Of a stretch of 64,000 nt of DNA, positions 19,942 through 34,230 are shown piece by piece. The notes below the pieces were generated by a model, which worked only from the letters and a program-made list of their open reading frames with translations, did no database searches and was not told where the DNA came from. A program made the translations under genes and the position numbers. Source of the stretch: the human T2T-CHM13v2.0 reference genome, Homo sapiens; assembly GCF_009914755.1 (NCBI RefSeq), contig NC_060931.1; one strand, written 5' to 3'. Every line of letters starts with the position of its first letter. Positions within the stretch are counted from its first letter, which is position 1.

Positions 19942-20853
19942 ATAGTAGGATTGAAGCAATCTGCCCCCAGTCCCCTCTAATCCTTCCCCAAAGACAGGCC
20001 CTAACTATTCCAGTTCTCGCTCCATCAGTGCCTTTGGTGTTCCCACTCACACCCTCAGCGTCCTAGACCAGTTCCTGGGGATTTTGTGGAGTGCGTCCTT
20101 GCCCTGAAATCACTTACTATTGGAAGAAGAAGGCGCACTCTCAGAGACACAGCTGTATCCATAGAGCAGGTTAGCCAATGGTACATTATTTCTGGAAGAT
20201 CTTCAGAATATTCTGCTCAGATTTATTGCAAGTGTGGATTTAGCTTCTTTCCTGCAGTGTTGCCAGTTGGTAAGGACTTATTTTGCCAAGGTAATTTGTT
20301 CTGCTCTGGCCCAAGCAAGATGCAGCATGGGAAGACATGAAATCTTCAATTTGGAAAAGGAAAGAGCATAAATTCTGAAGTGTAGCACCCGCCAGTGCAG
20401 GCAGGTCCCTAGGGAAGGCTGTGTGAGAATTCTATAAAGTTTTAATAGCTCAAGACCCAAGGTAGCAGAATTAAATGCAAGCCTGGGGACCCACTCTTCC
20501 CTTGATCATATAAAATGTGGGGAAATCTCTGCATCAACTCTGACAATTCCTCTGGTCTTTGGGCAGAATGTGGATGCTTTGGAGTTTCGAGGAACATATG
20601 AGCCCTTCTTGTCTCATCATGAGAGATGGAGCTATTTTCTGGATGTGCCGAAGAGTATGATTACCTTATAGCTGCAGGACCCAGGGAATAGGAAACAATG
20701 GTGGGGTAGAAAACGGTCACTTCCCAGTGAGGTGCGCAGACCCACCGTGACTGCGCCTCATCCATTAATGTGAAGCGAGGTTGTTTTCTTTTTCTATCTG
20801 ATGTGTTCTGCAGCGGCGCTGTTGAAAGCAGGCTTCATCTCCCTGTAGTCATG

Positions 20854-22198
20854 CTACCTACCTACCTGTCAACCTACCTACCTACCTGCCTATCTATCTA
20901 CCTACCTATCTACCTGCCTGCCTGCCTACCTACATACCTACCTGCCTACCTACATACCTACCTACCTGCCTACCTGTCTACCTACCTACCTGCTTATCTA
21001 CTTGCCTACCTACTTACATATCTACCTGCCTACCTGCCTACCTACATACCTACCTACCTGCCTACCTACCTACCTGCCTATCTACCTGCCTACCTACTTA
21101 CATATCTACCTGCCTACCTACCTGCCTGCCTATCTGCCTACCTGCTTACCTATCTACCTACCTGCCTACCTATCTACTTACCTACCTACCTGCTTACCTA
21201 CCTGTCTGCCTGCCTACCTATCTACCTACCTATGTACCTGCCTAACTACCTATGTACCTGCCTACCTACCTATCTACCTGCCTGTCTAGCTACCTATTTA
21301 CCTGCCTACCTACTTACCTACTTGCCTGTCTACCTACCTACCTACATATCTATCTGCCTATCTACCTACCTATCTACCTGCCTACCTGCCTACCTACCTA
21401 CCTGCCTATCTACCTGCCTACCTACTTACATATCTACCTGCCTACCTACCTACCTGCCTATCTACCTGCCTACCTACTTACATATCTACCTGCCTACCTA
21501 CCTACCTGCCTATCTACCTGCCTGCTTACCTATCTAACTACCTATCTACCTGCCTACCTATCTACTTACCTACCTACCTGCCTACCTATCTACTTACCTA
21601 CCTACCTGCCTACCTACCTATCTGCCTGCCTACCTATCTACCTACCTATCTATGTACCTGCCTAACTACCTATGTACCTGCCTACCTACCTATCTACCTG
21701 CCTATCTAGCTACCTATTTACCTGCCTACCTACCTATCTATGTACCTGCCTAACTACCTATGTATCTGCCTACCTACCTATCTACCTGCCTATCTAGCTA
21801 CCTATTTACCTGCCTACCTACCTACTTACCTACTTGCCTGTCTACCTACCTACCTACATATCTACCTGCCTACCTATCTACCTACTTGCCTACCTACCTA
21901 TCTGTCTACCTATCTACTTGCCTACCTACCTACCTGGCTGCCTACCTACTTACCTATCTACCTGCCTACCTAACTACCTATCTACCTACCTGCCTACCTA
22001 CTTATCTACATACCTACCTGTCTACCTACCTGCCCGTCTCCCTACCTACCTACTTGTGCACCTATCTACTTGCCTGCCTACCTATCTACCTACCCGCCTG
22101 TGAACCTACCTACCTACCTGTCTACCCACCTACCTTCCTGCCTGTCTACCTACCTACCCACTTACCTACTTAGATAAGCAGGTACCTATCTACCTATC
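20854..22198. repeat. Compound tetranucleotide array (TACC/TGCC/TATC/TACT)n, about 1.35 kb
   Basis: Continuous 4-bp period with variant units and repeated higher-order blocks. Confidence 0.97.
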
Positions 22199-22829
22199 TT
22201 GAGAAGACAGGAAACAGCTAACTATCTTCCTACCTACCTTTTTTCCCCCAATAACCACAGTCTTTCTGTGCTTATGGTTTTATTCTGGGAACCTACACAA
22301 GAACTGAGGCAAAGCCATGGGTGAGGGAGGTGGGGGAAAGACCCCCACTGGGTGTCAGCAAAGCCTCCATCCCCCAATGATAGAGTGGCTTGGCAGGGTC
22401 CTTGTGTTGGTGCCAACCCTCAACTCTCTGGCATGAGGCGCCAGTCTCCTCCCCACAGCTGAACTTGTCTCCCAGGGCAGACCCACCAGAAAGGCTCCTG
22501 TGAGCATAAGGGCTGATCTGCCGTGGCTCCCCTCGAGCAGGGCCAGGTGCCCACACTGACTGGATACAGCTTTGGGCTGGGCATTGTGCCTTGGGTCGGG
22601 ATTTTCATGATGAAATAGCTGAGCATTGGCCTCCTGACCAAACATCTGCCGAGTCTGGGGAGGGCGATTTACTCCTCAGGAGGCTCCAAGATGAAGGGCA
22701 GGTGCCTCAGCCTGGTGGCCCCATCTTCTGTGATCCAGATGTGCCTGCCCTGAGGCTTCCTTCCTGCAGCCCCCCTCCCCACCCCTGCCATCCGGCCCCT
22801 GCATCTCCTGCAATGGACACGTCTCCATC

Positions 22830-23130
22830 CCTGGTTCATATGCCATGTCCTCCTATCCCGGTGCCTTTGCACATGCTGTTCCCCATGCTCCAATGCCCTT
22901 TTCCACCCTGTCTGTCAAAATCCCACCCACTCTTCAAGGCCTGCCTCACATGCTATCTGCACAGTCCCCGGTAGCTCCCTTCCCTGTCCTCACCAGGTCT
23001 GGACACCCCCTACTGCAGTTTGCTTCACACCACACCTGTGTGTGCCTGCCCCCCAGCACTAGGTTTAAGATTCTTGAGGGCAGATACCTGATGGACCCTT
23101 ACCTTACACCCAGCAAGTGCCAATCAATCT
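22830..23130 (+). mobile_element. L2 3' fragment
   Basis: gcctttgcacatgctgttccc...ctcttcaaggcc...ttcttgagggcag. Confidence 0.6.
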
Positions 23131-23134
23131 TCAA

Positions 23135-23230
23135 TAGGAGCGTGAGATTTATTCAAACCTTAGTGCTGCTTCTTCATAGCTGTTTGACCTTGGGGAAGTT
23201 ACTTGACCTCTCTGGGCTTCAGTTTCCTAA
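23135..23230 (+). mobile_element. MIR core
   Basis: tagctgtttgaccttggggaagttacttgacctctctgggcttcagtttcct. Confidence 0.75.
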
Positions 23231-23718
23231 ATATACATATGTACGTATATATATATATTTGTAATATATATTACATATAAATATACATATGTATGTATAT
23301 ATATTTGTAATATATATTACAATATGCAATATATTATATACATATATACATAAATATATTTATATACAAAAATGTATGTACATAAATATATATATTATGT
23401 ATATAAATATATACTACATAGTACATATATTTGTATGTGGAAATACATATATGTATATATTACATATATTTGTATAAGGAAAATGAATATATATTTAGGA
23501 AATAATATGTATAGAATTCTATATGTATAAATACATATAGAAATTATATATAATTTAATGCATTGTATGTATTTTTATATATTTATGTATATGTTTATAT
23601 ATGTATTTTTATATATATTTCTATACATAGTGCATACAATTTAGTGCATACAATGCACATTTTATAAATATAATTTATATATGTTACATAGATATGTATA
23701 TATATTTATATATAATTT
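23230..23718. repeat. AT-rich degenerate (TA)n low-complexity tract
   Basis: About 490 bp of TA/TATG/CATA variants. Confidence 0.9.
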
Positions 23719-24277
23719 CATGCCTACAATGTGCTGGGCCCTGTGCTGAATGCTTTATGCACATTGTCTTGTTCATATAATTCCTCCTTGTAAGATTGGG
23801 ACAATCACAGGACCATTGTACTCGGATTTTGGGAGAATGATCATCCAATAATCCTCAGACGCTCCCCATAGCCTTGGGCAATTTCCTGTCCAGCTGGAGG
23901 ATAAGACCCTCACAAGAAGAGGTGGTTACTCAACGGTCCTCAATACAAGGTGAGAAACTGATGTTGTAGACATCACAGGAGGATTACCTGAGTGGGCACC
24001 TTGCATGGTCTGGAGGAGGAGGAAGGCTTTCCTTTGGTGGGAGGGGTCTGGGGAAGCTTCTGGGAAGAGGTTGTTTTGGGACAGGGCAAGACAAGGTCCC
24101 GTCTCCTGAGTATTATTCCTGCAAAAGACTTTTCCCATTTCCTTGAAAGAGCTCAGCCATGCTGACACCTCATTACCCATGTCTCGGGGTGGCCTCACAA
24201 ACTTGACTACTGGGCAGGGGTTTTGGGTCTTGTTCATGGTGGTTTTCCTAGCATAGTGCTAAGTATTCATGAAGTGA

Positions 24278-24282
<5 letters not shown>

Positions 24283-24327
<45 letters not shown>

Positions 24328-24390
24328 TTATATATATATATGCACACTATATGGCATATACATGTCATATGTATGGCATATATATGTGTG

Positions 24391-24442
<52 letters not shown>
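24283..24442. repeat. (AT)21 plus (GTATAT)n microsatellite forming an Alu tail
   Basis: Lies between the TSD gaatgccatat and the Alu body. Confidence 0.93.
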
Positions 24443-24443
<1 letters not shown>

Positions 24444-24727
24444 TTAGAGACAGGATCTTACTCTGTTGCCCAGGCTGGAGTGCAGTGGCACCATCATGGC
24501 TCACGGCAGCCTTGAACTCCTGGGCTCAAATGATTCTTCTGCCTCAACCTCCTAAGCAGCTGGGACTACAAGTGCCCACCATTATGCCCGGCTCACTTTA
24601 AAATTTTTTTTTATAGCTATGGGGTGTCACTATGTTGTCCAGGCTGGTCTCAAGCTCCTGGGCTCCAGCAGTCCTCCCGCCTCAGCCTCCCAAAGTGCTG
24701 GTCTTACAGTCATGAGCCACTGTGCCC
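24443..24727 (-). mobile_element. Alu (J-like)
   Basis: Antisense Alu; TSD gaatgccatat at 24276 and 24731. Confidence 0.93.
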
Positions 24728-25274
24728 AGGGAATGCCATATTTTTTTCATCCCTCAAAGGGGCCATAGGAGGGGTTCTCATACATGCTGCAGTATTTGGT
24801 TATTCTCCAACGTTTTCTAACTTGCCCCCATTGGGCCAGCTTCCCAACTTGAAGCCAGACGCAAGTGGGAAAATGGCCCCAGAGTCACTCAAACAACAGT
24901 CCTTAGGAGGGCTTCTCACCCTGGTAAGTCCTCTATCCTGGGAAGATTCTCCCTGCAGCCTGTGATTAAACAACACTCCCCAAAGTATTAGCCAGGCTGG
25001 CCTTGGGAGGGGCCCAGGGTTCAGTAGTGTTTTATTACGCTCATAAAGTAATTGGCCTAGAAGTATCACAAACCCCATGGCGTCTGTACAAAGTAGGACT
25101 CCGAAACTAATTATATGACTGTGGGCATGAATGAATAATGGGAATGCCTGCCTGTATCATGCTCTGCTCCATTGCTTCAAAGGGCTGCAAAGCTGGAACT
25201 CATCATCTCTGCCCAAATAACAGGAAGCTTTATGAGCCGAGTGTTGTATTTTGGCCCTGGGCCATTATGGACGT

Positions 25275-25960
25275 TGTTGTATAGTAAAGTCTGGAATTTC
25301 CCAAGAAATAGGAGTGTCATTGTTTTTCATGATCCCCTTGGATTCCATTTGAGTTTCAGCTAACAAGATGGCTCGGGATAAGGGCTGGTCGTGCCAGAAA
25401 GACCAACCAAGTGATTAGAGGGTTGGGGCTTTGAGCTACGCGATACCAGCTTGACTTCCAGGGAGGGGAGGGGGATTGGAGACTGAGTTCAGTCACATGA
25501 CTGGTGATTCAATCAATCATGCCTATGTAATGAAACCTCAATAAAAACTCTGGACACCAAGGCTCAGGTGGGCTTCCTGGTTGGTAAACATATTGATGTG
25601 CTAAGAAGGTGACATTCCCGAGTTCATGGGGTCAGGGCAAGGAAGCTCTGCATTTGGGACCCTCACTCATCTTGTGCTATTATGAGTCTCTTCTTTTGGC
25701 TGTTCTTGGTCTGTATTCTTTATAATAAAACTGTAAGTGTAAGTACAGCATTTTCCTGAATTCTTTGAGTTATTCTTGTGAGTGATTGAACCTGAGGAAG
25801 TTGTGGGAGCTCATGATTTGTAGCCAGTTGGTTAGAAGTGTGGGTGAACTGGGGACCACCAACATGTGTCTGAAGTAGTGGGAGCCTTGGGGAGCCCTTG
25901 TGAGGTCTATGCTAACTCTTGGTAGTTAGTGTTAGAATAGAATTGTTGCACACCTTGTTG
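25275..25960 (+). mobile_element. Solo LTR, MER21C-like
   Basis: ccagaaagaccaaccaagtgattagagggttgg...tcaatcaatcatgcctatgtaatgaaacctcaataaaaactctggacacc. Confidence 0.8.
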
Positions 25961-26113
25961 GTTTCTTCTTTCCATTCAACACGGAAAATATTTCCATGCA
26001 CATTCCTAAAAGAAATCAGGAGCTCTTGGATCCTTCTCTCTTTCCAAAGGGAGGCTGGTGCGGCCAGAGGGTTTGCTGGGGGACAAATGGCCTTTTGTGG
26101 GAACTCTTCTTGA

Positions 26114-26433
<320 letters not shown>

Positions 26434-26559
26434 AATCACACACTTCTTATATGTTCATCTAGGTGCTACAAAGCCACAAAACTAACCAGAAACCAAAGGT
26501 GTAAATGAACACCAAGATGGCAGCTCCAGGCACATGTGTCAAAATCATCTTTCCCAAAT

Positions 26560-27006
26560 TGAGATAGAAGGCAGGACTCAACTCTGGACCAGACTGAAGA
26601 CTAGCTAAAACAGTGAAGAGGGGAATGCACCTCTCCATAAGACATGCCCAGAGGGCCATGTCAGTTTACCATTGCCATGGCAACACCCAGAACTTACCGC
26701 CCCTTTCCACGGCGACAACCAGTAAGTACCACCCTTTTTCTAGAAAATTCTGAATAACTCACCTCTTAATTTGCAGGTAATCAAAAGTGGGTATAAATCT
26801 TACTGCAGGGCTTCCTCTGAGCTGCTACTCTCAGCACACTGCCCACAGGGTAGCCCTGGTCTGCATGAGGAGTCATGGAGTGTAACATTACTGCTTCCAT
26901 AAGCTGTTTTCTTCTACCACTGGCTTGCTCTTGAATTTTTTCCTGAGTGAAGCCAAGAACCTTTCCAGGTTAAGCCCCAATTCTGGGACTTGCCTGCGCT
27001 GCATCA
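26560..27006 (+). mobile_element. ERV1 solo LTR, MER41 family (C/D/E-like), 4-bp TSD aaat
   Basis: TG...CA termini (tgagatag...tgcatca), cagtttaccattgccatggcaacacc, tgaagccaagaacc; aaat on both sides. Confidence 0.78.
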
Positions 27007-27705
27007 AAATGACAGAGAAGCCGTGAGTCTCTTGGGCTCTCCATTGGGTCTCAGGGTAACCACGTGACATACTCTTTTAAGCACAGGCTGTAGGACAGTT
27101 AAGGTCTTACCCTTGCAACCGAAGTCTTTGCACAGCTTCACTGTGGGGTGGAGTTCCTGGCAGTGATATATTTGTAGTGCTGCTATTTAACTGGGTGATT
27201 TGCCTTGGCAGCTGCTGAGATCTCAGATCTCACAGAGATTTGAGACTTAATCACCCGCAGCACCAACAAAGACCTGCTCTTTTTATGCGGCTAAAAAAAA
27301 TATGACATCCAGACATAGCTCAGCCGTGCTCTGTCTCCACGGCATTTAAAACACCTCTGCCCACGTGGGGTGCCCAAATGTGCTAGGTTTCCTATTAGGA
27401 ATGTGATCTTCAAAAAAAAAAAAAATAGAACCCCCAAACCACCACCACAACACAAAAAGGGATGAAGAAAAGGCTCAAAGCTGGCTCTGGCAGTATACGA
27501 AGCTCATTTGAAGAGAAAGTGAAATTCTCAGAGTCTTGCACTGACATGGCCCAGAGTGGTGGGAGGCAGGAGAGGGGAGGGTGAAGTCTTGTGAATGGAC
27601 TTGAAGAGCTCCATGCACACTTCTGGAGTGCCCTGCACACTGAGGGTTTGCTCACACTCTGAAAGGGAATTGCTTGGTTGAAGCTATGGATCTAAATCCA
27701 CTTGA

Positions 27706-28048
<343 letters not shown>

Positions 28049-28106
28049 CTACCTGCTCTGCTCACACCCGTGGCTGGCTCCTGCCTCCCCGCCTCCTCTC
28101 CCCTTT

Positions 28107-28747
28107 GTTTCTTTTCTTTTTTTTTTTTTCTTTCTTTGAGTTGGAGTCTTGCTCTGTCACCCAGGCTGCAGTGCAGTGGTGTGATCTTAGCTCACAACAG
28201 CCTAGATCTCCTGAGCTCAAGCCATCCTCCTGCCTTATCCTTCTGAGTAGCTGGGACTACCGGCAAGCACCACCATGCCCAGCTAATTTTAAAAATTTTT
28301 AGTAGGTCTGGGTATGGTGGCTCATGCCTGTAATCCCAGCACTTTGGGAGGCCGAGGCGGGTGAATCACCTGAGGTCAGGAGTTTGAGATCAGCCTGGCC
28401 AACATGGTGAAATCCTGTCTGTACTAAAAATACAAAAAATTAGCTGGGCGTGGTGGCGTGCGCCTGTAGTCCCAGCTACTCAGGATGCTGAGGCATGAGA
28501 ATCACTTGAACCTGGGAGGCAGAAGTTGCAGTGAGCCGAGATCACGCCACTGCACTCCACCCTGGGTAACAGAGTGAGACTCCATCTCAAAATAAATAAA
28601 TAAATAAATAAAACAAAATAAATAAAACACTTTTTTTTTTTTTTTTTAGTAAAGATGAGGTTGCTATGTTGCCTAGGCTGGTCTGGAACTCCTGGCCTAA
28701 AGCAATCCTCCTGCCTCGGCCTCCCAAAGTGCTGGAACTATAGGCAT
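28107..28747 (-). mobile_element. Alu (J-like), split by a nested sense Alu
   Basis: Right arm 28107-28304; left arm 28630-28747. Confidence 0.88.
28305..28626 (+). mobile_element. Alu (S-like) nested at the AluJ linker
   Basis: Full sense Alu with (TAAA)n tail. Confidence 0.94.
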
Positions 28748-29241
28748 CTTTGTTTATTTTCTATGTAAGGCATCACAACATCTGTTTGTGTCGCTGCCAC
28801 CTGAGAAGGAGAGCCCTTGGCAGGCAGCCATCCAGTTTGTCTCTCTGTCGCTCCTCTGGACCTGGCATGGTGCCAGCAAACAGTAGGAGCCTCATAAATG
28901 TTCAGTGTACAAGGAAATCTCCTAACCAGCCTCCCCGCCACTGGCCTCACTCATTCCACCTGCCTACTTAGCCCAGCACCTGGGGCATTGCTCAGGTAAC
29001 TGTGAGTGAAGGACTTTTACCCCCAGCTCCTCTTCCTAGCCTTCCCTTGGTTATATGGGATGACTCACTCTTCCCTCACCAGCCAGGGCCCCTCATATCA
29101 CCCTGGCATGAATCTCTGAGATGTCCTCAGCCTGGAGTGCTCATACCTTCTCCCCTGCCTTACAATCTTGCTTCTTCATGCATTTCCTATCTAGCTCAGC
29201 CGCCATAGTACCGTGCTCCAAAAGGGGCTCAGTAACTATCA

Positions 29242-29763
<522 letters not shown>

Positions 29764-30037
29764 TTAAGTGCCCAGACACGCCACTGTTCCCCTGTCACAT
29801 GAACTCAGCGCCAGAGCCAAATGAAATTCCAGGTGGCAGGGAACAGAGCTCTCTCTGGCTTCCTGGAAGCGCGGTCACTGGTGAGACTTGATACGGGGCT
29901 GCAACTGCAAGTGGCGAGAAACCTGTTCATTGCTCCTCGGAGTCGGTGCCGAGAGGCTCAGTGGATCGAGGCTCAGAAGGATGACCACTGAGCAAAGGCT
30001 AGCACAGCCACCCAGAGCAGGCAGGGCAGGCAACTCA

Positions 30038-30426
<389 letters not shown>

Positions 30427-30486
30427 TTATTGGGGTGGGGGGAGCAGGAAAACAAATAAACTCTATGATATTGAAAACTCCTGATA

Positions 30487-30790
30487 TGCCAGGTGTGGTG
30501 GCTCCTGCCTGTAATCCCAGTGCTTTGGGAGGCTGAGTCAGGAGGATCACTTGAGGCCAGGAGTTTGAGACCAGCCTGGGCAACATAAGTGAGACTCCCC
30601 ACCTCTATTAAAAAAAAAATTGAGACAAGTGTAGTGGCATGCCTATAGTCTCAGTCACTCTGGAAGCTGAGGCAGGAGGATCACTTAAGCCCAAGAGTTT
30701 GAGGTTGCAACCAAGATTGCACCACTGCACTACAGCCTGGGCAACATAGCGAGATCCTGTCCCTAAAATAGAAAAAGTAAATGAAAGAAA
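30487..30790 (+). mobile_element. Alu (J-like)
   Basis: Sense dimeric Alu. Confidence 0.92.
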
Positions 30791-31447
30791 CCCTTGCTAT
30801 AATGATCTGCCTCCAGAAGCGGGGGTGGTTGAATCCCTGCTTGGGCAAGGCCCTTACTTTTTGGAGCCTGTTTGCTGATCTATAAACCTGGGAGGATGAG
30901 AACAGCCTCTCCTCTCCTAAGTGTCTGCATCCGGGCAACTGGTCATATGCAGGCTGAGCACATGTGGCCAGATTTCCCTGGATCTCGCCAGCTGAAAGCA
31001 TTAACCCTTGCTTCCAGCCATCTGTGCCTATTTTTACACAAAATATGACTTTCGATTAAATTAACAAGAGTGGTAATGATAATCACTGCTTGCTGATATT
31101 AGCACAGTACATGGAAAGGAGCAACGTGGTCAGGGAGATTTAGAGAAGGGCAAACAGACAGATGTGACCAGGCACTCCTGGAAGCAATCGCTGTTAGTCA
31201 CTGCCACGTGTCCTCTTACCTGTGTTCTCCTGTCTGCGACTCAGCAGAAAATGACCTTGAATGTTTTCTTGCCATCTGAGGCCCACGGAGACCTTGACTC
31301 TTAGTTGCTCCGGATCTCACGGCAGCGATGACAGATCAGGGCTCTCCAAGGGCAGCAGTGCCTCTTAGCAGTAGGGGGTCCCCTTTCCACTGCCCCAGGC
31401 CCCATCATTGGAAACCTGGTGATTTTACATGGACAAATTAAAGATGA

Positions 31448-32222
<775 letters not shown>

Positions 32223-32506
32223 AAAGCCATCTTTTCTTTAGAATACCATAAATATATCAGATAGAGGCACACAGCAGCTTCTCTCCAGCATCCTCCTCCT
32301 GCTCAGCTCCTGGGGTCTTCATGGTGCCTCCTGGCTGCTCCCAGTCCCAGCTGTTACCCCTGGGTCTTTTCCTTATGCTCGGCGGCATCCTGATTCGTGC
32401 ATCTCTGTGGCTGTGCTCTCCAACCATCTAATCCGGGATCTAGTTCATGCTAAGTTATTGCAGACTGACAACAGATGCAGTCCCCTGACCTCCCTAGAAA
32501 ACATAC

Positions 32507-33020
32507 CTTTGTTTTGAGTTGGGGTCTCACTCTGTTGCCCCAGCTGGAGTACAGTGGCACAATCATGGCTCACTGGAGCCTTGACCTTCTGGGCTCAAGT
32601 GATCCTCCTGCCTCAGCCTCCCGAATAACCCGTTTGCTTTGTCTCTCTCTTTCTTTCTTTCCTTCCTTCCTTCCTTTCTTTCCTTTCATTTCTTTCCTTC
32701 TTCTTTCTTTCCCTCCCTCCCTTCCTTCTTTCCTTCCTTCTTTCTTTCCTTCTTCTTTCTTTTCCTTCCTTCCTTCCTTCCCTCCCTTCCTCCCTCCTTC
32801 CTTCCTTCCCTCTCTCTCTCTCCCCTTCTCTCTCTTTCTTTTCCTTCCTTTCTTCTTTCCTTCAGGCATGCACCGCCATGGCTGGCTAATTATTTTATTT
32901 TTTGTAGAGATGAGATCTCACTATGTTGCCCAGGCTGATCTCAAATCCCTGGCCTCAAGCAATCCTCCTGTCTTGGCCTCCCAAAGTGCTGGGATTACAG
33001 GCACGAGCCACCGCGCCTGG
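32507..33020 (-). mobile_element. Alu (J-like) with an internal pyrimidine tract
   Basis: Alu halves flank a (CTTC/CTTT)n tract at 32633-32863. Confidence 0.9.
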
Positions 33021-33469
33021 TGAAAATATACATTGGAATAGAGATTTTTACTAAAGATGAGAAGTAGTCCCAGTGGACATCTGGAGAGACATTCTGGAGA
33101 GAAACTGCCACAGTTCAGAGTGGCTTGGCCGTCACAGGCATGGTCATAGAAAGAGGAAAAAACTGTCATTTACTGAGACCCTGCTGGGCCTTCCGGCCTC
33201 TCTGTGTCTCGATTGGCTGTCGTTTTCTCTTCAATTGCTGTTCCCGCCTCTCTGCGTGCAGCTTGTATCTTGGGAGGTAAGAGGGCCGTTTCTAGTAGGC
33301 AGGGAGGGGTTGTCAAGCCCTTGCAAACCTCAGGGGGCTGGGCTGAAAGGATTCAGAAGGGCTGGGCAGAGTGTAAAGGAACAAGGCAGGTTGGGAAATG
33401 GGTCCCAAGAGAGGAGGTGCCAGGAAGAAAAGCCATCACACACTTCCTGGGGTAACCTAATCCCTCCCT

Positions 33470-33660
33470 CTGGGTCATTCTAGTGGTGCTGCCAATCATC
33501 ACAACTTTGCTCAGGGATTGGCCCAAGGGGCGGGGACATGTGTCAAGCAAGGCCAATCAGAGTGCTTCCCTGGGATTTTAACGTTTACAGTCCAAAGAAG
33601 GAGTGTTCCTTTCTCTTGGGCTGCTAAGCAGCCAGAACGTGAGTTCAGAGCTACCCCTGG
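33470..33660. mobile_element. Old ERVL/MaLR LTR remnant with CCAAT and GC boxes
   Basis: ggccaatcagagtgcttccctgggatttt resembles LTR16/MLT1-type elements. Confidence 0.4.
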
Positions 33661-34142
33661 CTGAGGTCCTTTCTTTTCCAAGTTAAAAACCCAGCAGCAC
33701 TGGAACGGGAAGAAGCAGATGCTTGGAGGGAAATAGAGAAAGAGGCAGAGAGGGGAGGTCTGTCAGGGGTCAACGGCCCAGAGCCAGTGTCCCACACCTA
33801 TAGCGTTTTGGGTGGGCTGGGAGGTGGGGAGAGGAAGGAGGAGAACCAGGAGAGAAGTGTGGCAGGAACGAAGATGTGTTTGGAGGAATATTAAGAAGAA
33901 ATGGGTGGTTGAGAGTGGAAAGGACCATGGAAAATCACTCACTTGGATCTCAGTATGAATCTATTGATGAATCTCATGTTGAATCTATTAGGATGGTCAG
34001 AAAAAGAAAATCTGCCTCACACTGGCTCCACCACCAAAGGGGGATGGACTGAGTCATATACCAGGAATGTTGACAGGGCAGCTGAGAACTGCCTGCTGGA
34101 CAGACCACATGGCTGCTGAACAACATCTGCCCAAAGAAATGC

Positions 34143-34183
34143 TTTCTCTTTCTCCCTTTCTTTTCTTTTCTTTTCTTTTCTTT

Positions 34184-34230
<47 letters not shown>

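Noticed and set aside
20770-22173. 255-aa and 137-aa LPTY/LPAY-repeat ORFs
   Set aside because: Automatic translation of (TACC)n, which has no stop codon on this strand; open in several frames, with no gene context
20854-22198. CRISPR-like array
   Set aside because: No unique spacers; eukaryotic simple repeat; no cas genes
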